Below, in pieces: positions 56,014 to 64,000 of a DNA stretch of 64,000 nucleotides; positions within the stretch are counted from its first letter, which is position 1, and every line of letters starts with the position of its first letter. The translations under genes were made by a program, and so were the position numbers. The notes under the pieces were generated by a model. It was not told the DNA's origin. It did no database searches and saw only the letters and a program-made list of their open reading frames with translations. This DNA is from a virus (taxonomy: Duplodnaviria > Heunggongvirae > Uroviricota > Caudoviricetes): the IMG/VR virus record IMGVR_UViG_3300031555_010707. One strand, given 5' to 3'.

Positions 56014-58827
56014 ATGGCAAAGCAATTAGCGGCGCAGAAATATATCCTGAAGATAAGCACCGCACGACTCCGTAGGGCAAAGTGGGATTTGACACTGCCC
56101 ATTTCGGAAGCGAGAAAAAATGATGAGCTTATCTCGTTGAATGACAGCCAGATGCTCCGCTGGATAGATGAGCTGAATGGAGTAGGAGACGTGGAAGATC
56201 GGGTTCGCTATATCAAGTCGCAAATCAGAGCGACCAAGAAACTCGAAAACTCTACTCAGAACAGGCGGCGTATTCGTAGCCTGTACGATGAGCTGGATGC
56301 TCTCCAGTTCAAGCCTGACTACCTGCATCTGGTCATTGATAAAGACAAAGACCTCCACCGAGCCTGCAAGGGCTTTAAGGTGAATGGCATTCGGTATGCC
56401 CGACTCCTTGGCACAAACGGCGGCGTTAAGGAGTCTACTATCGTCTTCGTTAGTGAGCGGTTAGTCACTGAACTGAGAGAGCGAATTGATAATGGACGAA
56501 ACACTTTGGTACATCAGATCCCCGCGAAGCTGGAAGCATATCGCGCATTGACATGTAGCGGATCAATTCCGGTTTCGATGCCCAAGGGGATTCTTGTAGT
56601 CCCGGACTGCGAGACAACCTTCAAGGAAGACATTATTATGTTGAATGATGAAGGTTGCATTGAGCCGAAGATGGAGTACGTCAAGGATGCTGAAATAACG
56701 CTTGATGAATCCGACGGCTATGGCTTGATGATGCCATCCCTTGCGGAACGCTGGTCACAGGAGCTCCATCTGGACTATGTTGCCAGCGGTATGAATACTC
56801 GCTTCTCTTGGGAAAAGGGAATGGTTTTTACGTTCGATTTCCAGGATTTCGCAGAGAAAGTTGCTGGCAAGTATATTGTAAAAGACGCTTGGGGCAACGA
56901 CGTAGACATTAGAAATGTTGAACTTATTCTGACAACTTCTATGGTCAAGTTGTGGGCTTGCTACGAAAGCCTTGAGCATTATCTTAGCTGTTGTGAAGCC
57001 AATCATTATACATTTGGTATCGCTAAGACTTGTCCGGAGGAGCTTGAGCGGGTTCGCAGTCTGAATTATCAGTTCATCCAAAGCTATAACCTGACCGATG
57101 AACAGATTGACGAGTTGGTTCAGCCAACGATTGATGAGATTAAAGATGTTCTCGGTGGTGATTACAGGAAGGCTATTCTGTTTTTACGCGGTACGCACAT
57201 TACTGAAGAAAACGTAGAGGCAAATATTGACCATGTTGTGTCATCGCTGATGGTTGAACCGAAAATGATGGATGACCCCCATGTGAAGCGTCGCATTTAT
57301 CACATGATCGAGCGACGTATTCGTGACGCCAAGATTGGCGTTGTTGATGTACACGGCAATTATTCTATTATTTGCGGCGATCCCTATGCCCTATGTCAAA
57401 ACATCTTCGAACTGCCGGTTACTGGATTGCTTCGTGCCGGCCAGCTTTACAACAGATATTGGTCTGATGTTGGAGCTACTCATGTTGCGTGTTTCCGTGC
57501 TCCCATGACTTGTCACAACAATATTAGAAAAATGGAAGTGGCGAACACGGAAGAAATGGCTTATTGGTATCAGTATATGACGACATGTACAATGCTGAAT
57601 GCCTGGGACACGACAACACAGGCGCTGAATGGAGCCGATAAGGACGGAGATTTGATCTTTCTGACTGACAACAGAGTTCTTGTAGAAAACATCCGCCCCA
57701 CCCCCACCATTTTCTGCGTCCAGAGAAAAGGCGCAAAGATTGATGTGCTGGAAGATGATTTGATTCGCTCTAATATTGCCAGCTTTGGTGATGACATTGG
57801 TCGAACGACAAACTGGATCACATCCATGTTTGATGTTCAGGCACAATATCCGGCTGGAAGCGTTGAATATGAGATGCTCGATTATCGTATTAAGTGCGGA
57901 CAGCTATATCAGCAGAATGCTATCGATAAGGCAAAAGGCATTGTTTGTAAGCCGATGCCAAGAGCTTGGTACGACTTTCACGCAAATAAGTTGCCGGATA
58001 ATCCTTCGGAAGAAGATTGCAACCGCAGGGAACTTGGATTGAAGATCCTTGCCGACAAGAAGCCCTACTTTATGAGGTATATCTACCCTGCGTTGATGAA
58101 GGATTACAATACATACATAAAAAACACAAATGTCAAGTGCCTGCGTGAATTCCGAATGGACTTGAAGGATTTACTTGAAGCAGACGAGGATTCGCTTTCA
58201 GATCGCCAGAAGGAATTCATTCGGTACTATCATAGCCGTATGCCTGTTGGTATGAATGACTGTGTTATGAATAGGATTTGCCGACGCTTCGAGGCAGAGT
58301 TCGATGGATACCTTAAGCTGCACGCATCAAAGGAAGATTTCGATTATTCGATTCTGAAGAACGAAGACGCTGAGTACACCAAGACTCAGTATTATACTGT
58401 AGCAAAACTTTACGCACAGCACAATGAGTGGCTGCAGGCATATCGTCAGATGCAGAAAAAGCTGCGCCTTGATAATTCTGAAAGCCGCGATGCCGATGCG
58501 CAAAATATGAATCGGGTATTTGAACAGGAATATTTCCGCGTTTGCAGCAATGCGTCTGTTCTGTGCAACATTGTTGTCGATATGTGCTACAGAAAGATTG
58601 GCTCGCAACAGTTTGCTTGGGATGTTTGCGGATCTGAGATTTTCCACAATTTGCTCAAGCGCAACGACTATATGCTCTATTTCCCCGTTCGTGACCCCGA
58701 GGGAGATATTACATACTGTGGTCACAGGTTCAGTATGAAAGGAATGAAAAGTCAATATGGCAGAGATTGTTCTGAACGAGAAGCAATGGATCGAGGATGC
58801 GATTCAGAATGCCTCGCTGGGGAATAA
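56014..58827 (+). CDS. Large protein (937 aa) with an NGADKDGD motif reminiscent of the RNAP beta-prime NADFDGD metal site (YonO-like or crAss gp66-like candidate)
   Basis: AAGGAGA 5 nt upstream of ATG 56014. ALNGADKDGDLIFLTDN. Confidence 0.5.
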   Translation: MAKQLAAQKYILKISTARLRRAKWDLTLPISEARKNDELISLNDSQMLRWIDELNGVGDVEDRVRYIKSQIRATKKLENSTQNRRRIRSLYDELDALQFKPDYLHLVIDKDKDLHRACKGFKVNGIRYARLLGTNGGVKESTIVFVSERLVTELRERIDNGRNTLVHQIPAKLEAYRALTCSGSIPVSMPKGILVVPDCETTFKEDIIMLNDEGCIEPKMEYVKDAEITLDESDGYGLMMPSLAERWSQELHLDYVASGMNTRFSWEKGMVFTFDFQDFAEKVAGKYIVKDAWGNDVDIRNVELILTTSMVKLWACYESLEHYLSCCEANHYTFGIAKTCPEELERVRSLNYQFIQSYNLTDEQIDELVQPTIDEIKDVLGGDYRKAILFLRGTHITEENVEANIDHVVSSLMVEPKMMDDPHVKRRIYHMIERRIRDAKIGVVDVHGNYSIICGDPYALCQNIFELPVTGLLRAGQLYNRYWSDVGATHVACFRAPMTCHNNIRKMEVANTEEMAYWYQYMTTCTMLNAWDTTTQALNGADKDGDLIFLTDNRVLVENIRPTPTIFCVQRKGAKIDVLEDDLIRSNIASFGDDIGRTTNWITSMFDVQAQYPAGSVEYEMLDYRIKCGQLYQQNAIDKAKGIVCKPMPRAWYDFHANKLPDNPSEEDCNRRELGLKILADKKPYFMRYIYPALMKDYNTYIKNTNVKCLREFRMDLKDLLEADEDSLSDRQKEFIRYYHSRMPVGMNDCVMNRICRRFEAEFDGYLKLHASKEDFDYSILKNEDAEYTKTQYYTVAKLYAQHNEWLQAYRQMQKKLRLDNSESRDADAQNMNRVFEQEYFRVCSNASVLCNIVVDMCYRKIGSQQFAWDVCGSEIFHNLLKRNDYMLYFPVRDPEGDITYCGHRFSMKGMKSQYGRDCSEREAMDRGCDSECLAGE

Positions 58828-59509
58828 GCCGTCCGAAACTCTCGGGCGGCTTGCTCGTTATTATCGTGAACTGGGCTATAAAAAGAATGAAATCATGAAA
58901 ATGCTTGAAGAATTCATGATTCGATGCGATCCAACTATTAACGTGATTCGTTGGCAGCTCGTCATTGAAAACAGTATCAAGTATGCCCAGAAAGGAAATC
59001 TGATTAACATTCAGCCAATTTCCATAACGAAGAAAGAGTTGGATATGATTGGCGAGCTACCCGGTCTTCTGCTACAGCGCCTGATGTTTACGCTGCTGTG
59101 CTTATCCAAATATGGAAACGCGGTTAACCCTAAAAACAATTCTTGGGTTAATCGAGATGTGAGAGAGATTCTTTCTCTGGCCAACGTGAAGGTTACGGTC
59201 AAACGTCAGTCTTTGCTGTTTAATGACCTGTGGAATGCTGGATACATTGGCTTTAGCAATATTATTGATAATATCAACGTAAATGTGAAGATCATCGATG
59301 ATTCTAACGAAGAAGTTACAATGCAGATTGATGACTTTCGCAATCTTGGCAATCAGTACATGATGCACATTGGAGACGGATATATGGTATGCAAGCACTG
59401 CGGGGCAGTTGTTAAACGCAATGCGCCCAATCAAAAGTATTGCAAGGAATGTGCAGTGGACATCAATATTCAGAAGACCATTGAGAACAGAGCGCCAAAT
59501 GCGGCTTAA
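58757..59509 (+). CDS. Hypothetical protein with a C-terminal zinc ribbon
   Basis: CKHCG...CKEC. Confidence 0.4.
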   Translation: MAEIVLNEKQWIEDAIQNASLGNKPSETLGRLARYYRELGYKKNEIMKMLEEFMIRCDPTINVIRWQLVIENSIKYAQKGNLINIQPISITKKELDMIGELPGLLLQRLMFTLLCLSKYGNAVNPKNNSWVNRDVREILSLANVKVTVKRQSLLFNDLWNAGYIGFSNIIDNINVNVKIIDDSNEEVTMQIDDFRNLGNQYMMHIGDGYMVCKHCGAVVKRNAPNQKYCKECAVDINIQKTIENRAPNAA

Positions 59510-59637
59510 TTCTTAAAATGTTTGATTCTGGACATGCCCGAACAGATGGATTTTTCGCTACGCTCAGACCCCCTGTCACTTTCACTAATATGTAAGAAAA
59601 CAGATCGCACGTCGTGCGATAAAAGGGGGTCAATTCT

Positions 59638-60042
59638 ATGAATGCGTTTTACGGCGAAATTGCAAGTGGCATTCTCCAGATCGTGTGCGCCCTGATTGGT
59701 ATCCTTCTGACTGCGGTTGTTGTGCCATGGCTCAAGACCAGTGCGATTCCGTGGATGAAGGAAAAGCAGCTCTATGGCCTTGTGAAGAAATTTGTCCAGG
59801 CCGCTGAGAAGCTGGCCGAGACTGGTGCTCTGGAACGTGGCGAAAAGAAGGATTATGTGGTAAATCTGCTTGAACAAAAGGGCTACCACATGAATGCCGA
59901 GACTGAAGCCTTCATTGAAAGTGCCGTTAAGGAACTGGATATGGCTGTAGAGGCTGGTTGGGGCGAGATTCTCGAAACGTTCGAGGAAGAGGTTGATGCT
60001 GATCCTGAAGACACGGAGGCCACCGAGGAGGTGGTCGGCTAA
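59638..60042 (+). CDS. Putative holin
   Basis: N-terminal TM helix, a charged C-terminus, directly upstream of the endolysin; AAGGGGG RBS. Confidence 0.55.
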   Translation: MNAFYGEIASGILQIVCALIGILLTAVVVPWLKTSAIPWMKEKQLYGLVKKFVQAAEKLAETGALERGEKKDYVVNLLEQKGYHMNAETEAFIESAVKELDMAVEAGWGEILETFEEEVDADPEDTEATEEVVG

Positions 60043-61124
60043 TGTTCAAAGCATCTGAACTGGTAGCTTTCTGTCTATCAATGATTGGAATGCCGTATTG
60101 GTACGGCACATGTGTGTATAACTGTACGGCTTCTCTGCGAAGCCGCAAGGCAAAACAATATCCCTCTCATTACGCCAGTTCCAGAACTTCTCGCTATAAC
60201 TCTGATATTTCCAAGAAATTAGTCTGTATGGACTGTGTTGGAATGATTAAAGGGTTTTTCTGGACAAATGGTGGCGTTGGCGTAAAAGAGGCAATTGGCA
60301 CCGGCAAAACCATTTCAAGCAAATACGGCGGAAATGGATGTCCAGACAAGAGTGCAAACGGTATGCTGACATGGTGTAAGTCCAAGGGCGCTAAGAATGG
60401 TAAGATTGCAGATCTTCCTGATGTACCAGGAGTCCTGCTCTTTTCTTCGGGACACGTTGGAGTGTACATTGGTGACGGCTATGCTGTTGAAGCGCGTGGG
60501 TTCAATTATGGCGTAGTCAAGACGAAAGTATCTGCTCGCAGTTGGACTTCATGGGCGTATATGCCTGATTCTGTTTTGGAATACGATACGGCCAATGGAT
60601 ACATTCCTCCAGCTGAAGACATCTCTAAGAACGAAGAGGCTACTCAAATCACGCCTTCTGTTACCAATCCTGAAAAGAAGTACAAACTCGGCGACCGTAT
60701 TATTAAGCGTGGCGCCAAGGGCGATGATGTAGCAGAACTTCAGGAGGCTTTGGTGAAGCTGGGATATGATCTTGGTACATATGGAACCAAAGAAAATGGC
60801 GTTGATGGCGATTGTGGTTCCAAGACTGTACAGGCCATCAAGGATTTCCAAACGGCACATGGTCTTGAGATTGATGGCGAGTACGGCAAAAAGAGCCATG
60901 CTGCTATGCAGGAAGCACTTAAGAACATTGTTACCGAATTCACTATCAAGGTGAAGAGCTGGTCTGTCAATGTTCGTAATGCACCCAATACATATACCGG
61001 TAAGGTGATGCGCGTTGTTCGTATGAATACACTGCTGACTGCTGTTGGCGTTGATCCTGCAACCGGATGGTATAAGTTGTCTGACGGCAACTATATCAGT
61101 AACAAATACACCGTAAAGGTGTAA
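60042..61124 (+). CDS. Endolysin: NlpC/P60 (CHAP-like) peptidase, a PG_binding_1 domain and an SH3b domain
   Basis: The catalytic Cys region CMDCVGMIKGFFW; GHVGVYIGDGYAVEARG; the PG-binding repeat LKRGAKGDDVAELQEALVKLGY...; and a C-terminal SH3-like WYKLSDGNYIS. Confidence 0.75.
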   Translation: MFKASELVAFCLSMIGMPYWYGTCVYNCTASLRSRKAKQYPSHYASSRTSRYNSDISKKLVCMDCVGMIKGFFWTNGGVGVKEAIGTGKTISSKYGGNGCPDKSANGMLTWCKSKGAKNGKIADLPDVPGVLLFSSGHVGVYIGDGYAVEARGFNYGVVKTKVSARSWTSWAYMPDSVLEYDTANGYIPPAEDISKNEEATQITPSVTNPEKKYKLGDRIIKRGAKGDDVAELQEALVKLGYDLGTYGTKENGVDGDCGSKTVQAIKDFQTAHGLEIDGEYGKKSHAAMQEALKNIVTEFTIKVKSWSVNVRNAPNTYTGKVMRVVRMNTLLTAVGVDPATGWYKLSDGNYISNKYTVKV

Positions 61125-61197
61125 TCAACTCTACAAATGGCGGGGAGAGAAGCGATCCTCTCTCCCCGTACTCTATGAAGAACGAAGGGGTATAACA

Positions 61198-61359
61198 ATG
61201 ATTCAAATTTCTAAGGATGAAGCCAAACTGATTCGCAACAAGATGCCTGGTGTGCCGATCAAGAGAACGGTTCACAAGTATTACGCAGAAGAGCGACCTG
61301 CCGTAATGAAGCTGCTTGGACGCACTCCGCAACGCAAGGAAGTGAGACGATATTGCTGA
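61198..61359 (+). CDS. Small 53-aa ORF not in the ORF track (below its length cut-off)
   Basis: AGGGGT 6 nt upstream of the ATG; its stop overlaps the TTG start of the next gene. Confidence 0.25.
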   Translation: MIQISKDEAKLIRNKMPGVPIKRTVHKYYAEERPAVMKLLGRTPQRKEVRRYC

Positions 61360-62546
61360 ACAGAAAGCCGAACGAGAGTGATGTGAATTACCATCGCAGA
61401 CTCGTTTACGGAAAGCTGGTGGATAAAACGCTTTCCGATGTTGACTATTCGGAGTTGGCGCAATACGTCTACGGGCAGGAATACAGTTCAGATGTGGCTC
61501 GCAGAATGATGTACGGTAGTTGCAAAACGCTTCAGATGATTGATAAGGAGCGTCAGGATACCGTTACAGATAACCAGCTTTTGAGCGAAATCGATGCAAA
61601 AATTCTGGAGTTCAAGAAAGAGCAACAGAGATTCTTCGACCAGCGCACTGCTTTTAACAAGATTGTTAGAGAGCGTGCCAGACAGGAAGAGCTCAACGAC
61701 ATTATTACCAGACAGGTCAACAGCGGTGCGTTACCGACACTTGATTATGTGAGGCATGAAGTTATTCCATCTGATAACGACCTGTTGGTAAGCCTCAATG
61801 ATATTCACTTTGGTGCAGTAGTGTCGAATTACTGGTGCGAGTATAATTCTGAAATTTGCGCTGCTATGATGCGCAATTATTTGGATCGAATTCTGGAGAT
61901 TGCAAAGACGCATAACTCCGAAAACTGCATTGTGTTTGCCAATGGTGATTTGATTAGTGGCTCAATCCACCATCAGATTGCTGTTTCGAATAAAGAGAAT
62001 CTTATTGAACAGATCATGGGCGTATCAGAGCTGATTGCTGAATTCTTATCTGCTCTCAGCTATCACTTCAATGAAGTGCGCTTCGTGAGTGTTGCTGGAA
62101 ATCATTCACGGCTTGACCAGAAGGATCGAGCCATTCAGCAAGAGCGCCTTGATGATCTGACTGAGTGGTATCTGCTCGCTCGAATGAGTGGGCATAAGAA
62201 TGTCATTATCGGTTATGGAGATAAGATTGATGCCACGATGTACGTTATGGATATTCGAGGAAAGAATTATGTAGGCGTCCATGGAGACTATGACCCTACC
62301 CCATCTCATATTCAAGCGCTTCAAACAATGGTTGGAAAGCCCGTTTACGCAGTTTTGCTTGGGCATAAACATCATTGCTGCACAGACAATATTCAAGGAA
62401 TCAGGACAGTTATGGCCGGAAGTTTCCTTGGAATAGATGATTACTGTGTATCGAAGCGTCTTTACGGACAGCCAGAACAGTTGGTTTGCGTATGCGACGA
62501 GTCTGGCATCCGGTGTACATACGGAATTGAGCTAACAAAAGACTAA
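61353..62546 (+). CDS. Calcineurin-like metallophosphoesterase with a 130-aa N-terminal extension
   Basis: SLNDIHFG, GDLISGS, GNHSR, GHKHH motifs. Confidence 0.5.
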   Translation: MLNRKPNESDVNYHRRLVYGKLVDKTLSDVDYSELAQYVYGQEYSSDVARRMMYGSCKTLQMIDKERQDTVTDNQLLSEIDAKILEFKKEQQRFFDQRTAFNKIVRERARQEELNDIITRQVNSGALPTLDYVRHEVIPSDNDLLVSLNDIHFGAVVSNYWCEYNSEICAAMMRNYLDRILEIAKTHNSENCIVFANGDLISGSIHHQIAVSNKENLIEQIMGVSELIAEFLSALSYHFNEVRFVSVAGNHSRLDQKDRAIQQERLDDLTEWYLLARMSGHKNVIIGYGDKIDATMYVMDIRGKNYVGVHGDYDPTPSHIQALQTMVGKPVYAVLLGHKHHCCTDNIQGIRTVMAGSFLGIDDYCVSKRLYGQPEQLVCVCDESGIRCTYGIELTKD

Positions 62547-62636
62547 TTTCATATCATATGACAGATCCCGCCACGCCTCTGGAGTTTATCTATGCGCAAT
62601 CAGGCGGGACTTTCTATAATCACGGAGGTGAGTACG

Positions 62637-63659
62637 ATGGCACGCAAGACGAAGCGCAACAGCATCACCGATAGTGAGTCGCTGGCTGCGATCAATCCTG
62701 AGAATGCTCGGCTCATCTCGGATTTTATGGAGTATTTGCACTCCACGCAGAAGAGCGAAACGACGATTGCCGTATACCTGAATGATCTTCAGATTGCTAT
62801 GGTATGGTGCCTGAAGTATAACAACAACAAGTTCTTTGTCAAGTGGACAAAGCGCGATATTATTTCATTTCAGAATTGGCTGGTCAATGAAAATGAAAAT
62901 AGCCCGGCCAGAGTGAGACGAATCAAGGCTACCCTCTCTTCTATGAGCAATTATATTGAGGCAGTCTGCGATGACGACTATCCGGATTTCCGCAATATCA
63001 TTCATAAAGTAGAGAGCCCCGTGGCGCAGCCGGTAAGAGAAAAGACGGTGCTGAATGACGAACAGCTGAACGAGCTTTTGAAGACGCTGAGCAACGATGG
63101 TGAGCATGAGAAAGCATGTATGCTGGCGCTTGCAATGTGTTCAGGGCGACGTAAGTCCGAACTTGTTCGATTCAAAGCAAATTACTTCGACGACAAGAAC
63201 ATCATTTATGGCTCTTTGTACAAGACGCCGGAAACGGTTAAGACCAAAGGGCGCGGCAAGGGTAAGTTCTTGCATTGCTATACTCTTGCGAAAAAGTTCA
63301 AGCCATATTTTGAGGCTTGGATGAATCAGCGCAAAGAGAATGGCATTGAGAGCGAATGGCTCTTCCCATTAAAGAGTGATTCAACGCAACATATGAACGC
63401 TCAGACTTTGAACAGCTGGGCACAGACATTTACGCGGCTGTTGGGCGTGGATTTCTATTGGCACTCTTTGAGACATTTCTTCACAACCGATCTCGTGCGA
63501 AGCGGATTGCCAGATGGGGTTATCCAAGACATTATCGGTTGGAGTTCTGCAGATATGCTGAGACTCTATACTGACATTCCAGTTGATGAGCAGCTCGGCA
63601 AATACTTTGATGAAAATGGCATCAAAGCAAATCAACAAACGAACATTTCAAATCTTTAA
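62637..63659 (+). CDS. int: Tyrosine integrase (phage-integrase family)
   Basis: HSLRHFFTT, GWSSADMLRLYTD. GGAGGTGA 5 nt upstream of ATG 62637. Confidence 0.75.
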   Translation: MARKTKRNSITDSESLAAINPENARLISDFMEYLHSTQKSETTIAVYLNDLQIAMVWCLKYNNNKFFVKWTKRDIISFQNWLVNENENSPARVRRIKATLSSMSNYIEAVCDDDYPDFRNIIHKVESPVAQPVREKTVLNDEQLNELLKTLSNDGEHEKACMLALAMCSGRRKSELVRFKANYFDDKNIIYGSLYKTPETVKTKGRGKGKFLHCYTLAKKFKPYFEAWMNQRKENGIESEWLFPLKSDSTQHMNAQTLNSWAQTFTRLLGVDFYWHSLRHFFTTDLVRSGLPDGVIQDIIGWSSADMLRLYTDIPVDEQLGKYFDENGIKANQQTNISNL

Positions 63660-63678
63660 GTAGAAAGGGATAAATACA

Positions 63679-63966
63679 ATGAATAAAAGTGAATTTATTG
63701 ACCGTTTGGCTCAAAAAGGATATACGAAAAAGTCAGCCAGTGAGATCGTGGATGATGTGATCCAGACTATCAGTGAGGTGCTGGTGGAGGGTGAATCCAT
63801 CCAGTTCTATGGCTTTGGCACGTTCTCTGTGCGTGAGTCCGCAGAGCGTGAGGCGGTCGATTTCCAGACGAAGGAGCGAATCACCATCCCTGGTCACAAG
63901 ACTCCTAAGTTTGTTCCTGGCAAGTTGCTGAAACGTGCTGTCAAGGAGGGCATCCTCCGGGAGTAA
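63679..63966 (+). CDS. hup: HU/IHF-family DNA-binding protein
   Basis: MNKSEFIDRLAQ...GFGTFSVRESAEREA...PKFVPGKLLK is the HU signature. Confidence 0.75.
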   Translation: MNKSEFIDRLAQKGYTKKSASEIVDDVIQTISEVLVEGESIQFYGFGTFSVRESAEREAVDFQTKERITIPGHKTPKFVPGKLLKRAVKEGILRE

Positions 63967-64000
63967 TTCTCTCGGAGGCATCCAATGCCTAAAGTCAGTA

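Overview
This window is about 45% GC with strong AGGAGG-type ribosome-binding sites and looks like part of a large, tRNA-rich tailed phage or prophage of a Firmicutes/Clostridia-like host. Positions 1-50.4 kb are read almost entirely on the minus strand. They carry a replication block (partial DnaE-like polymerase running off the window edge, DnaG-like primase, DnaB helicase, Cas4-like nuclease, SSB-like protein, ERF annealing protein). Next comes an unusually complete tRNA-repair and maintenance toolkit: a Pnkp-like kinase-phosphatase-ligase fusion, an Rnl5-like RNA ligase, a CCA-adding enzyme, a Thg1-like 3'-5' nucleotidyltransferase, a RlaP-like nucleotidyltransferase, and metallophosphoesterase, HAD and HD hydrolases. 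There is also a set of NAD+ salvage or reconstitution genes (NAMPT-like, PRPP-synthetase-like, PncA-like nicotinamidase, NadE, CinA/PncC deamidase, macro domain), plus a MazF-like toxin and an array of 15 tRNAs and one aberrant tRNA-like gene between 28.1 and 35.8 kb. That array is interrupted by small ORFs, an SPFH/flotillin-like gene and a GIY-YIG homing endonuclease. Further along are a retron-type reverse transcriptase preceded by a GC-rich structured leader, and a ThiF-like E1 plus JAB/MPN pair. Positions 50.4-53.2 kb are a compositionally foreign, GC-rich (~60-65%) island with 2.6 copies of a 78-nt tandem repeat, a strong terminator and a sigma-70 region-4-like gene. Positions 53.2-64 kb switch to the plus strand: two tyrosine recombinases, a Walker ATPase, a 937-aa protein with a possible RNAP-like NADFDGD motif, a holin and endolysin cassette, a metallophosphoesterase and an HU protein. 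The genetic code is standard, with all three stop codons in use. Protein assignments come from motif recognition by eye, not database searches.
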